Shown here: positions 51,226 to 63,720 of the stretch, one piece after another | How the letters are laid out: every line of letters starts with the position of its first letter | Position numbering within the stretch: position 1 is the first letter of the stretch | Assembly: GCF_020085105.1 (NCBI RefSeq) | Contig: NC_058053.1 | Location: 24,541,196-24,605,195 of the forward strand | Source of the DNA: Siniperca chuatsi | Taxonomy: Eukaryota | Direction: 5' to 3' | DNA: 64,000 nucleotides | The notes under the pieces: model-generated | The model's database searches: none | What the model was told of the DNA's origin: nothing | The model's input: only the letters and a program-made list of their open reading frames with translations | Made by a program: the position numbers and the translations under genes

Positions 51226-53318
51226 AGTGTGTACACAAGATGCATTGGGCCACAGTACTATGTGTTGTCACCCACATTTTGGCAGCTCTGACATACCTAC
51301 AATTACTGTAGGTAGATGCTCCTGGTTGCGGTTATGTGCGTAAAGCACAAGCCATTACACAGATTGATTTAAAATAAAGATGAGCGCCTGGAAAACTCAG
51401 CTGAAACGTATCCTTTGTCGACAGGGTATAATAACTGCACTAGCGGCCCAGTGGTGCTTTGAGCTAAATGCTAATGCTGTCAGCATGCTAACTTGCTCGC
51501 CATGAAAATGTTAACATACCAATGTTTGTCCATCCAAAATAAAACACATCTCACATCTCTTCTACAATATACACAATGCTTTATTCATCAAAAGTTTTCA
51601 GCTATCTTGCCTTCAGGGTGACAATGTTAAGATGCTGATGTTTAGCAGCTAATGGTTGCCATGGTTGCCATCTTAGTTTTGGGTGTTAGCATACTAACCA
51701 ACTGGCACAAAACACACAGTACAGCTGAGGCAGATGGGGATATTTGGCAGATATTTGGTCTTATACCAAAGTATTAACACATTTTGACCTACATTGTCTG
51801 GGAACCATGACTATCTATACCAAACTTCATGGAAATCCATCCAACAGTTGTCGCGATAATTCAGTCTGGACCTAAGTGTTGGACTAACCAACCGACCAAC
51901 ATTGCCATCCCTAGAGCAACACCTCTAGTGTGGCTAAAAACAGTGCCAGCTGTCGTAAGTGTTTAGGGACGAGTGACAAACGTGTGACTTGACATCTGTC
52001 GGTTGAAGGGGTGCTGTTTCTGTTATGAACATATGTTGTCCTCCACTCATATCATACCTAGTGTTACTATTCTGCACATGGAATTCCATCAACACTTCTC
52101 ATTTAGAGACTCTTGTTGAGACAGGGGGGATTGATTAACATTAACTCAATGGAAAGAACCAGACTGGCACCACCACTTCAGCATGCACTTATTGGCTGAT
52201 TGTATTGACACTCTGATGCTGAGATGAGGTGACTGATTTGGAGTCAGAGTTGCTCTGTCAATTGTCAGTGTGGCTACGTGTCTGAGAGAGTGTTTGAGAT
52301 TAAATGGTCCACGGGCATGATCCTGGTGCTGTTAGTGTCTTTTAAGCCTATACTGGCTGGGTACCATGTGGTGAAGGGAGACTTAGATAAATCAGTCAAT
52401 CAATCAAAAAGTCTTGTTCTTTGCAAGGAGCCGATGGGTAAGACAGTAATCTGGGCATGGAAAGAAACAAGCACTCTTAACTAGTACTGCACAGCACTTT
52501 CACATTGCCTCCAGTATGTGACGTTCAATATAATTGAACAAAACTTCACCAATGTTGCATATGATTAATACAAACCTAGGGGGACAGATACACTGCTGTA
52601 GACTGACCATATTCTAAGTGGGACCCTATGAAGTCCATCAAATCCTCCATCACTCAGGCTTTTACACTGATTATGCATGTGATGTTCTTTAAGGTCTGGG
52701 GGTTTAGAACTTAGGGCTTAAAGCAGACATAACAGCAGGTCTCTTCAATGAGAACCCTACTTTTGAGCCCATGTGACGTTTGTTTATAAGCCCTGGCTAC
52801 AGTAAATAGACTGACTACTAAAATGAAAAAGTCATGTTTAACCCAGTAGTTTGTTCAAAATGAAAAATCCAAAGTGATCCTGAGGGTCTCCAAATGTGTC
52901 TTTATCTGTCATTATTTAGGTGTTTTCACATCTGGAATGTTTCTTAAGCTGGTTCCACATGTACAAATCTTAAACAAGTAGCTAATTTTGAGAATGTAGA
53001 TTATTGTACCCATTGCTCATGTTAATTATGTCTTGGTCTTTTCTGTCTGCCTCTGCAAAGCTGCTTGGAATGAGGTACTGTGCACTGCATGGTGAAGGGG
53101 GATTTACTGTAATTGGCTCCCTGTGAGTTTTGTATAGATACCAGCTGAACATGTGCTTTGTCTGCTTGGCTCCATTAGCGTAATGGTCCATTTGTACCTG
53201 TGATGTGCTGAGGTGAGCACAGACAAGGTTTATGGAACACAACTATTTTTGGCTTGTAGGAAACAACCCTCCATCCCACTGCTGTCATCAAGGGCTCATA
53301 TTTATGGTGGCCCTGAAG

Positions 53319-53400
53319 TGCAAAACACAACAGCAAAACAGAAAACCCAATGGCAAAACAGAAAACACAATAGCAAATTACAAAACACAACAGCATTGGT
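53319..53400. repeat. Minisatellite-like tandem repeat (~21-nt units: gcaaaacagaaaacacaata)
   Basis: Direct reading: aacacaacagcaaaacagaaaacccaatggcaaaacagaaaacacaatagcaaattacaaaacacaacagc. Confidence 0.6.
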
Positions 53401-53961
53401 GAGACTGAAACCGGAAAGGGTCGGTACCTATTCCACAATGCTTCCTCGTCCCTGGTTGGACACACTGTCTCTCTCAATCTGGGAAGCATTTGTGTCTGGC
53501 AGCCTACTCTGTCTGCAGTGTTTTACTTAAGGTTCAAGCTGAAGAAAATGGAGCCAAACACCGATTTAAAAAAAAAAAAAGGTTACTTTGATCAAGGCCA
53601 TACATACTCAGTCATACTTGATATGCTGTCAACTTTGCACAACATTACGAGGAGTTTGCGCACTCTGAAAACCTGGTTACAGTTTTCCTCGATTGCTAAG
53701 ACACGCTTAATGAATCTGGAACCCACTTGATCTTTATCATCACCTTCTTAGCACAGCAAAAGTCTTCTCTTGCAAATGTGTTAACATATTTTCATTGGTT
53801 TCACACATCAACCCTTATCCATTTATAAAAGATGCCACATCTGCGTTGCTATTTGCAAGCAGCCAAAGGCACATAAAGAGTCTAAGAGGTCATGGCAGAG
53901 GGGCCTGAGGAAGAGGAGTTTGCATGCGTAGTGAAGGAGCCGCAACAAGAGGAGAAAATAG

Positions 53962-54098
53962 AAAGTTTCAAATGAAATTCGGGCAACAATTATTGACAAT
54001 GTCATCAATCATGGCTTGTCCTTGAGAGGCTGGACAAAGGGTCCAGCCCATTCTGAGTCGGAGTCAGCTATTGTCAGACTTTTTCTGAATGAGAATAT
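53962..54098 (+). CDS. Transposase-like gene, exon 1 (HTH region; reading frame as used by exons 2-3); the upstream ATG at 53892 is in a different frame
   Basis: Encodes KVSNEIRATIIDNVINHGLSLRGWTKGPAHSESESAIVRLFLNEN. Followed by a consensus donor TAT|GTAAGT at 54099. The ATG at 53892 (MAEGPEEEEFACVVKEPQQEEKIESFK*) is out of frame by 1 nt, so either a frameshift or a different start. Confidence 0.45.
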
Positions 54099-54260
54099 GT
54101 AAGTCACAATGTTACTGTGTACCACTGTGTATTTCAGCTTTACTGTATTGCTCTGTTGGCAGAACAAACTGTGTCTACAGTAATGCAGTTGTTTCATCAA
54201 TCCCATTTATGTGACTGTCATAATGCCAATTTTGACATGTTTTTGGCATTTACTTTATAG

Positions 54261-54515
54261 AATCCACAGACTACCACATACTGGTGCCAGAGAAAAGATC
54301 TTTAGTGCCGAACAGGTGGCTGCTATTATAGATATGGTCGTTGCAAACAATGCAATCAGACTGTGTGAAATCCAGGCAGCAGTAATTGCAGATCAGAGAG
54401 CATTTAGGAATATCAACAGTGTAAGTTTGGCGTCAATTGATCGAGTCCTTACACGAAACCATGCTGGAATGAAGCAGCTGTACAGAGTTACATTCCAAGA
54501 ATCCAGTATGTGCAG
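54261..54515 (+). CDS. Transposase-like gene, exon 2 (second HTH / linker)
   Basis: Acceptor ttactttatag| at 54260. Encodes (I)IHRLPHTGAREKIFSAEQVAAIIDMVVANNAIRLCEIQAAVIADQRAFRNINSVSLASIDRVLTRNHAGMKQLYRVTFQESSMC. Donor CAG|GTAAGG at 54516. Joining exon 1 keeps the reading frame. Confidence 0.5.
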
Positions 54516-54605
54516 GTAAGGATTTATTATTGTAATGTCTTGTCATACCATACAGTTGCATGCAACTGGAATAATTTGCTTAATGAATTTGCTTTTTTCT
54601 TAAAG

Positions 54606-54906
54606 AATAATGGAGCTTGAAACTGAAGGGGCACATCATATTCATATATGTGCCGGCTTCAAACTCTCTAAAGTGAGGAGACACGAGAGAAACATCACTG
54701 GGCAGAGGAACGCTGTTACAGTGCCAGGTCAGAAGGGCGCCAGTATAACCATGTGTGCTGTCATCTCCAATGATGGTCTCCTTTGCCACATACCAACTAT
54801 CGGCCCATACAATACAGAACGCCTCATCACATTTCTTGATGCACTGAATGAAAGACTGGTTCCACCCAAAAAGAGAAGGTTGTTGAGGCCTGGCACAGGC
54901 ATATAG
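54606..54906 (+). CDS. Transposase-like gene, exon 3 (start of a Tc1/IS630-type DDE fold, with the catalytic DE replaced: HICAGF)
   Basis: Acceptor ttttttcttaaag| at 54605. Encodes (R)IMELETEGAHHIHICAGFKLSKVRRHERNITGQRNAVTVPGQKGASITMCAVISNDGLLCHIPTIGPYNTERLITFLDALNERLVPPKKRRLLRPGTGI*. The pattern (..(D)E.GF.L...R..GR...G.RA...VPG.RG.NIT...AIS..G.....I.G..N...F..FL..L) is typical of DDE_3 transposases. The frame is preserved across the intron. Confidence 0.5.
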
Positions 54907-57439
54907 CAAAAATTAAGGATGAACCGGTTCATATTATAGCTGTATTTTGTTGGTACTGCCGTAGATTTGTCAGGTGCATGTATTACTCCATCCATGGGTC
55001 CAAACTACATATGGCATGTAGCTGGATATGATAAACTCAAAAACATTTGGCGTCACTCTATCAAGCTGTTTAGATTCAACTTCATTGTCATTACACATGT
55101 ACAAGTACAAGGCAACTAAATGCAGTTTAGGTCTAACCAGAAGTGCAATAAGCAAGTGCAGGATATAAAGTGTGTGCATAAATGCAGGATAGAGCAGTAT
55201 TATGAAAATATTTTACAAGTGGTACTATGATATTATATACAGATGGCATTACTATAAACAGAAGTATACTGATGGATATGTACAATAAGGAATTGGACTG
55301 GGCAGAACAGTACGGCAATGAATATAAAGTAGTGCAATTTATGGAAATAGTTAACTGTGCAGTAGATGAGTTATTGCAGTATTCAGTACAGAGTACTGGA
55401 GTGCAAATGATGCAGTACATGTATAAATAAATAGTCCGGTAGTGCAAATGAACATGTGGTACATGTAGCAAAACAATATAGCAGCAATTAAGTTAAGGTA
55501 TATGAGGGGACAGTGGAAGCGGGGGGTGGTAGCAGCAGAGTTCAGTAGGAAGACAGCTCTGGGGAAAAAAGCTGTTTCTCAGTCTGTTGGTCCCTGTCCA
55601 GAAGCACCTGAGGCGCCTGCCGGAAGGCAGGGGAGAAAACAGTCTCTGGGTGGGGTGAGAGGAGTCTGGAGAGGAGATGGATTTTCAAGACGAATTATGT
55701 TCGGCTTGTTTGTGAACCTACAAACAAAAATGCGTCCGATTACATAAATCGTGTGTAGAATCTTGATGTAGTCCCTTAACGGACTGATTACGGGACAGAA
55801 AATGGGATAATGGCAGCTATACAGTGTACTCTTCACCATTATCATAACGACTATTATGCAGGTCTGTCAAGCCACAATTAGGCTCATCAGAGAGCAATCA
55901 ACTCATTGAGTCGTGTTGGTCCCTTTTCAGAAAAGGGAGGTAGGCTAAGTAATCCCTCTTGTTACTTGTTCTTAAAACATTTTTATATTTGAAGTAACTA
56001 GTGTAACATGGCAGGTGTTACATTAAACGTATTTTCTCTATGTGGTGACCTTTTCTCCATGTGGTGATCCAGCCATTCAGGAATATCTAGAGCATGCAAT
56101 GGTGCAAAATGGATTCCAATGGCCAGAGCATTGGGAGGCAGAATCAGAACTGTACTTTTAACTCAAGGAAATAGCTGGACTATAAATAAAAAATAGCTTC
56201 TACTGAGATGCAGGACACTAATGTCAGCAAAGTACACCTGTATTACTGGGATTCTGTTTAAGCACGATACAGGCTCAGATTGCTAGACTATAAATGTGGG
56301 TTTGTCTTTGAAGTGCAACTTAAACCTTGAAGGACACAACAGCCAATCAGCATAAATAAGACCTTAGTGTCAATAAAAGGTGCAATATTCCTAAATCTAA
56401 GAACAAGGCATTCCTATATTGTTGCTCTGATAGCCTAGGGAAAAATCTGTTTTTTTTTTTGTATTAGAGCAAACACGTTTACAGCAAAGGTGAGGCTCTT
56501 AAGCCATTTTTTTTTCATTGTAGTAGTTTACATACTGATTGTACCTATTCTACATCTATTCTGCTACATTGTTTGCAAATAACACAGATATGGTAATTAA
56601 AACTTGGGACACTAGCACTATTTGCTGTCTATGGGGAGAGAGAACATGGTAAAGAGTAGTTAACATTTGCTTAAATGTAAACAGAAACACGTTCTTTTGG
56701 CATAAGGTTTAAGGACACAAGTTAAAAGAAAAAACAAGCAAACACCCAACCCGCTCCATTTAGTGATTGAAATTACTACATGGTAAATCAACCAAATGAA
56801 ATAATGCATTACATGCACCCAAATCCTAGAGAATTATGGATTCCAAAATCCATGTTTGTTTTGAAGAGACAGTATGAGTATGTATTTGCCATTACGAATG
56901 GTGAATTGTTAATGAATTCAATGCATGGCACTGGTTTTATCCCTGCTGATGGTATTGATGGTAACCCTGTAGCAAAAATCAGCACATCTTCCAGGGACAC
57001 TGTAGTCTGTTTTTGTGCAACATAAAGTTAGTCACATTTGTAGTGCTTTAGTAATCGTTGTGCATTAACTTAAAAACACGTAATTATACATTTGTCATAC
57101 TCGATAGATTTATGTTAAAATCCCAGCATTTTGCCTTCCTCCTGCCTCCTGTTGCTTCCTGCTGGACTTAGTTCTGGTTTGAAGAGGGCCTCCATGTCTG
57201 CAGAAATTAGCTTGTTGACCGAGTAGCATAAGACAGGGGCTAATTATACACCGAAATCTGTGACCCATCAGATTCTGTGACCCAAAAGGAAGTTAACGTA
57301 AGTCCAGTAGACGATTTGAGGGGGAATGCAATCCCTGTTAGCAAAATGACCAAAATCCGCCTCTCTTAAAAATTAACCAATCGCCTAAGCCCTCAGGGCT
57401 TTTTGCCAGAAAGGCTTTCTAACATGTGGTTAATGTTGT

Positions 57440-57520
57440 GTAACGGTCGCAGTTTGGTTAGGTTTAGGCACCAAAACTACTTTAGGTTTAGGAAAAGAGC
57501 TCATGGTTTGGGTTTAGACT
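57440..57520. repeat. Family-B repeat fragment (ggttaggtttaggcacc ... ttaggtttaggaaaag ... ggtttgggtttagac)
   Basis: Direct reading of tandem TTAGG-like units. Confidence 0.4.
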
Positions 57521-57831
57521 CAGACTTGCAAGTCAGTCTTTGAATCTATTAGGAAGAATGGTCAGGTAACACATAGTTTTAATTTTATTTTCAAAGGAGA
57601 CATTTAGTACATGAAAAGGCAAACATTCAAATGATTGAATACCATTCAATACCATTCAATGCAAAGGGCTTTATTGGCATGAAAGAACAATGTTGAAAAA
57701 GCATCAAAATATAATTTGTCCAAATATTTGGACAGCACACAACAACAGTAATATGAACATTAACACAACATTAAGATCGATAATTATATATATATACAGT
57801 ATATCCTATGCAAGTATATCCTATGCATGTA

Positions 57832-57833
<2 letters not shown>

Positions 57834-57867
<34 letters not shown>
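57834..57867. repeat. (TG)n microsatellite
   Basis: Direct reading; artefactual ORF 57690-57905. Confidence 0.97.
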
Positions 57868-57868
<1 letters not shown>

Positions 57869-57983
57869 ATGTGCTGATGAAAGGTTTACATGTAGGGAAG
57901 GATAAAGGGGTACATTAGCCATGTTGAAATGAATCCCCAGTTAACAGTAATGTATTACGTGAATGTATTATTTGATGAAAACT

Positions 57984-58128
57984 AAGGGGGACAGAGCTTT
58001 TGCTATCAGGGCCCCGAGGCTCTGGAACAACTTGCCCGAAGAAATTAGGTTGTCTGAGTCAGTGTCTTCATTTATGTCTCTTCTCAAAACACATTTTTAT
58101 TGGAAAGCATATCCTGATTTTACCTGAC
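57984..58128 (+). mobile_element. L2/CR1-type LINE, ~145-bp fragment of the ORF2 C-terminus (same family as 43722-45720)
   Basis: ggggacagagcttttgctatcagggccccgaggctctggaacaacttgcccgaagaaattaggttgtctgagtcagtgtc... encodes GDRAFAIRAPRLWNNLPEEIRLSESVSSFMSLLK, the counterpart of GDRAFAIMAPRLWNNLPKEIRLSESVSLFKSLLKKHFY in the 43888-44388 ORF. Confidence 0.8.
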
Positions 58129-59739
58129 GCGGGACGCGAACATGATGGATTATTAAATTCAGATACTTGTGATTATGGAGGCAGTGAATAGATATTTCAA
58201 AATATTACCTTTCAATAACACTCCCATTTCTTGGGAGAATGTACCATCTGAGGTACTCCTCCACAATATCATGCTTCTCCGCCAGGTCCTTCACACGTTT
58301 GAAACATCCAGCAGTGTGGAACATGGTGCTGTTCTGCAAAATAGGATCTTGCAGAGACTCAGAGATTTTGCATTCTGAACCTGAAAAATTAAACTTAATA
58401 AGACCAAACAATGACTACTGGTTCTGATAAATGTTTCAAACTTATCTTCTCTCCAATAAACATTTTTAAAGCAATACTGAACTTTGGTAGAACTTTTGAC
58501 TTTTTAGCTATTTAGCCATGATAAATATGTTTCTTCTGTGAGAAGGTTATGGAGAATATTTTTCTCTCTCCATTCACTCACTCCCAATGTTAGCTAAAAC
58601 TCTTACAACACTTTTAGCACAACACAAAGGGAATTTTGCTAACATATAAAAAACATGATTCGCTAGCAATGGAAGTGAATCGCGAGAGAGAGGAACCATT
58701 CCAGTGGTTGCCAGTTTGTTACACCTGCATATTTCGTGGTGGGAGTGACACTCAGACTTATTGTACTCCTATCAAGTGATGAATCTTTTGTGATATGAAT
58801 TCATTAAGCAACATATACTTTGGCTATCGATTGAGGTTATTTTGTGCAGTAGTGTTTCATGTAATGTTATCTATGGTCCATCTTAGGATATGGCTAGCTA
58901 TCTTTAGGTGACCCTTTTTCCCCCATCATTTAAATGTAAATATTTACATTTTAATCCAATCAAAGAGTACAGTATATTATAGGGATGCTATTAATACCCA
59001 CAGTGCTCCACATTAGACAGACAGCTACAGTAAAAGTTGATGTTAGCTAGCGCATAGTGTTGACCTAACATTAGTCAGTGTTTTCCTGCTGAAAACAAAT
59101 CTCATAGATAGATTATAAAAAAACAGCTGAGCGCCACACAACAACAATGGCTACAGGGAGAAAGGACGACTGTATGACCATGTCATTATTTTCAGATTTT
59201 TATATTAACGTGAGTATCGTAGCTGTTGAGCATAATGCAGCAGGCTACATGGCTAGCTAGCCACAAGTACCTCAGCGAAGTGCGTCATAAAAGGGCTAAC
59301 GTTAGACTGCTAAATGAGATGACACCCTCAATAACAGTCACGTTTTGGGTCTAAACAATATAATGAGCAGATTTACAGTAGTTCTGAACTTTAATTTACC
59401 TTCGACATGCCACACTGGTAATATATTGGGATCCCACGTCCACTCCGCTCTTAAAGAAGAGCGACCGTCTTTTCATAAGCGGACCAGTCCGCCACAATCA
59501 AGTTACCCTGCACAAACTTGTAAGGGCCCCGGGCCATCGGTTATGTCAGATCCTGGCCCTATTTTTATAATTCTATTTTTTTTAGGAAAAGTGATTTTAT
59601 TTTACTTTTATTTCGCACCTTTCTAAAGGCTCTGTGGATGTATTAAAAAAAAACATTTGTCCACATAAAAATTTTATCAATATAACCTTATAACACGGGA
59701 GGCTACATTTTGATTCCCATTTCCAACCGACAGTCAACG

Positions 59740-59935
59740 TTGTTTTTTAAAAACCATGGTCGCCATTGTTCCCTAATCATAACCACATGATTATTATTGT
59801 AAACATGATAACAATGGTCCCCTACTGTTAAAAAAAGTAGGGATTTTGACCCAAACCACAATTTTTCACTATATTTAACCAAGTCATTTTTGTGCCTAAT
59901 CAAACCTTAACCATGGCGTGGTTATATCATAAAAC
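59740..59935. repeat. Family-B repeat fragment (ccctaatcataacc ... cctaatcaaaccttaaccatgg)
   Basis: Shares the catggt...ccctaa / gtaaacatgataacaatggt blocks with 1378-1500 and 33290-33500, in inverted orientation. Confidence 0.4.
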
Positions 59936-61603
59936 TAATTTACTTTTCAGCAGTGATTTGTAATGGTTTTATAAGGTTGACAAATTGTATTAGAAACAGT
60001 GCTTTTGCTAGCAGTGATGGAGGGTGGATTTAGGTGAAAAAAATACTGCTTAAAATGATTGACTGAGAAAAGAATTTGATGGGAGACTGAGTTACTGCGA
60101 CACTTGACCTGCGTCCAGGTAAAAAAGGGGAAGAGTCGGCATACAAAGGAGAGAGGTAGACACTTGCCAAAATATTTAAATCTGTGGTGGAAGAACTCAA
60201 GTCTATTGGGAAATTTTATGACGGGATTGTCTGTGGCTTCCCTGATGACATAGTATGAACATAAAGATGAGATTATGCTTGTAATGGGGAAAAATGTAAT
60301 GTACTTTGTTTGGCTTAATGTAGTTGAATGTAGAAGTTTGTGCTGTATTATGTCACTTTATGCTCTCCACAGACAGACATTCAGCACCATGGACAGTTCC
60401 AGCTGGGGCTTCGAACCAATTTGGAAACTCTCAAGTTCACATTTATTTGTTTTCAAGTCACCAATTTTGTCGTGTGTGATTTGTGTTTATTTGTAGATGT
60501 GCAGAAGTCAGCAATCTTTGCCCCTAGTGTACGTTGTGCTTTATGATGAGTTGTAATGATAATATTGTATTTGTAGGAATAGTGAATGTAGGCTATTCAT
60601 ATTTTTCATATACAGTATATGAGGGGTGTGTAAGTTATGAATTTTATACATGCATTGATATATTTTGATGTGAGCTTTAGTGTTTTATATGTAATCTGTT
60701 GGACAGTTGTCATGTAATTGTATCATATGAGAGATGTTTAATTTGGATTTGACATAAATCTGTTATGTAAATGTCATCCTGAGGTTTAATCAAATATGTT
60801 GTTTGAAAATGCCTCAAATAAAAAAGTGCCTTTTTAAAAGGCTTCATCATAGTTTTTCCCATGTTGTGCCACTTCTGATCAGTGGTCTGAATAATAATAA
60901 GTATCTACTGACAGTCCGTTCACCCCTCCATGAGCTGAATTTTGCTTGCTCATACACATATACACTTATTCCATTTTTTGTTATGATTCAATTTTCTTAA
61001 ACCTGTGTTGTACAAGTGCCTGTATTATACTTGAGGTCTTGAGGTAACTGTTGTGTAAAACTTGAGTATCATTTAGGCTGCTCTTACAGTACACCAGTCT
61101 GTTGCTGGCTGGGAGTGGCAAACTAGGTCTGATCATTGGTGTACCGAGGCACTGTTGAAATACATGTGAACACAATAATTGTGATACTACGGTCAGTTTT
61201 GGCTGTGGGAGGTAAATTTGTCTACTTCTTCTGGTCACTTGGCTGTAACATCCATTATTTAGGAGACATGCGCCTCAGTGGAACTCTATTTTGCTGCTGA
61301 AGTAGTTCAACTGAAAAGGGGTGAATTATGGCATTTAGGAGCCACTGTGGCCTGTACTGTACATTGTAATCTAGTTGTCTGACTGTGTGAAGGTGTGAGG
61401 AACAGTGTGGGAATCATTCAGTTGGTTTAATCAAGCAATCACACTATATTTTTTTTGTTTTTTCTTTTGTCAAGTGTCATCATCATTAATGTCTTATCAA
61501 AAATGAAGGCTTTTATTTATGGATAAGTTGATGTAATTTGATATTATCACTGGCTTTTTCCACTAAACATACTTGCCCAGGATGAGACCTAGGTTGTGTT
61601 AAG

Positions 61604-61700
61604 CCCCATTTGGACAGGATTAACATTATACAGGGAGGTGGGGAATGAAATGTAATTTAACTCATCGTTGTGGGTGGCATTTTAAACATCACCTTGGTAT
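61604..61700 (+). repeat. Short dispersed element, copy 2 (gccccatttggacaggattaacat ... gtaatttaactcatcgtt ... ggcattttaaac)
   Basis: See 10951-11045. Confidence 0.35.
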
Positions 61701-62684
61701 GTGTAAATACAAGAAGAGCTGGAACACAGTGAAATAATCTATGTTAATATCCGTAAATGTCCTAATTTCTGGTTGTACTTGAATAACATATTCCATATAT
61801 TTCCAGTAGTTCAACACTTCTCTCTGATCACTTTTGCACATAAATATGATAACAAAATACAAACATAAATAATGTGACTGCAGCAAATTATCCAAAGGTC
61901 TAAGTTAGAAACCCTGTGATTTCCACTCAGTCTTTGGCCTTCAGTTACACCCTTCTTCACCTTGTGAGGTTCCATTCAGTTTGACTTATTTTATTCTGTG
62001 AGTTCAGATCATTGAAACAGTGTTAGATCCTGCTGTTTCCCCTTGAGGTTTCAGGGGTTAGAGAGGCAGTGGAGAGTCCCTCTGATCCAGGAAGGCGGCT
62101 CACCATGGGGATCTGACAGACTGACCTGCCTGGCAGCTATGATAGATACACTGGGACTGGTCTGACCTTTCTGGCTGACATCCACAAGCTTGCTGTTGGC
62201 CCCGGCCATCATCTCTGGGTTGAAGTGCAGGTTTGGGAATAGTGGGGCTGCTCCAGTATATTCTGCACCATTTCTGCTGGACTCCTGAATCACCTCTTTG
62301 TGTGTCAGAAAACGATATTTGCTGTGAGGATTTCAAAGTGACTGAGTATCTATGCGCTCAACGGCCACAGAGAAGCAATATGTCCTTTCCACTTCTGTGC
62401 ATCTGAGGGTTAAATGATCAATAACCAGGAAAAGAATCAAAATATACTCTTGAAAAAGATGGTAAGACTAGACCAGACCTCAAGTAGAGCCAGTGGGGAA
62501 CATAGAGAACCAGAAACCTTTGAACCATGACTTTCTTGCCATAAATGTCACTTTGGTTTATGACTAAATACCTGTAAAGCTTCTAACAAAACTAAACTAA
62601 GATGGTGAACATGGAAAACATTATACCTTAATCAGCATGTCAGCATTGTCATTTGAGCATGTTAGCTCAACGCAGTGTCCCCTG

Positions 62685-62747
62685 CACGAGGGTGCGCGCT
62701 CTAAACATTTTTAGAGCGTGCACCCTCGTGACGTATCATGACGTATC
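62685..62747. other. Near-perfect 21-bp inverted repeat with a 4-nt spacer (cacgagggtgcgcgctctaaa catt tttagagcgtgcaccctcgtg), followed by the direct repeat gacgtatc-at-gacgtatc
   Basis: Direct reading. One mismatch (C/T) across the 21 arm positions. GC-rich and CpG-rich against an AT-rich background. Confidence 0.7.
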
Positions 62748-63359
62748 TTGCCTCGACTGTGAAGGCTCCACAGGTCGTGGAACTCTGAAATTTTGTAACT
62801 AGGCTTTTCATTTCAAGATGGAAGTGTTTGAAATAGTAGTTACTGGATGTAACTCCAGTTCTATGAGTACGTGCGTAGCCCTCTAACGGGCTTCACTATT
62901 GGTTTTGCACACTTTTTTCAAACACTGTACTGTTCAATAGTCACTAGCGTTGCTTTAGTCTTTTTAGCCATAAACAGATCAATGCATCCTCAGCATTGAG
63001 GAGCTGTAGGGCAGTGCACATAGCCATGTTGGATAATAAAGTTCTTCCGGTAACACTCTTTAACTTCTTGCTTATTCACAGAATATTTTGTTTGTATGTT
63101 CCCTGGCATTTCTGAGAAGACTGCAAAGACCCACGCGTGGAGCATGAACACTGCCGTGCATGCTCATAGCTCGTGCCATCAGCGGAGGCCACAGTTTCTC
63201 GCTTGAGTGTAAACAAAGCTTTAGTCTTGTTAAGTAAACCACAAATCAACAATGAGCAACTCCACCATCTAAACATCTTAACATTTTAGATTCTGACCCG
63301 CATCAACAGTGTTACAAAACATTGCCAAATGTGGATCCTTCCTGAACTGTAATGATGAA

Positions 63360-63720
63360 AAAAAAACATATTCATGCCTTCATTTCAAGCAGACTAGACT
63401 ATTGTAATGCATTATTCATTCACAGGCTTTCTGAAAAACTCTTGACAGACTTCAGTTGAATCAAAACTCTGCTGCTAGATTGCTTACTAAAACAAAAAAA
63501 AGGGAACATGTCATGCCAGTTTTGACCAGGCTCCACTGGCTTCCAGTATCTTTAAGGATTGAGAAGCTATTTTACTCAAAATACAAAGCACTAAAGCTCA
63601 GTTATTATTTCCCATTCTTATTTATGCCCCATCATGCACTCTCAGATCATCTCTGCCAATTTACTGGACATATCTACTGCCCTAAGAGGAAAATTGGAAT
63701 GTAGGTTCTTTATATATATA
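63360..63720 (+). mobile_element. L2/CR1-type LINE 3' fragment, diverged subfamily
   Basis: ORF 63456-63704 encodes NQNSAARLLTKTKKREHVMPVLTRLHWLPVSLRIEKLFYSKYKALK, homologous to ..QNPAARLLTWTKKYDHITPVLASLHWLPVGLRIHFKSLLITFKAL.. of the 43888-44388 ORF. Confidence 0.65.

Noticed and set aside
55100-55700. Low-complexity gtgcaa/gcagta-rich stretch followed by the ggtggtagcagcagagttcagtag...gctgtttctcagtctgttggtccctgtccagaagcacctgaggcgcc block
   Set aside because: It looks like a dispersed teleost repeat I half-recognise but cannot classify. It has no coding or structural signal, so it is left unannotated.
58169-58427. Overlapping ORFs on both strands (e.g. the minus-strand ..NSTMFHTAGCFKRVKDLAEKHDIVEEYLRWYILPRNG..)
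   Set aside because: No recognisable domain or splice context. It lies adjacent to a LINE fragment. It cannot be supported without a database search.
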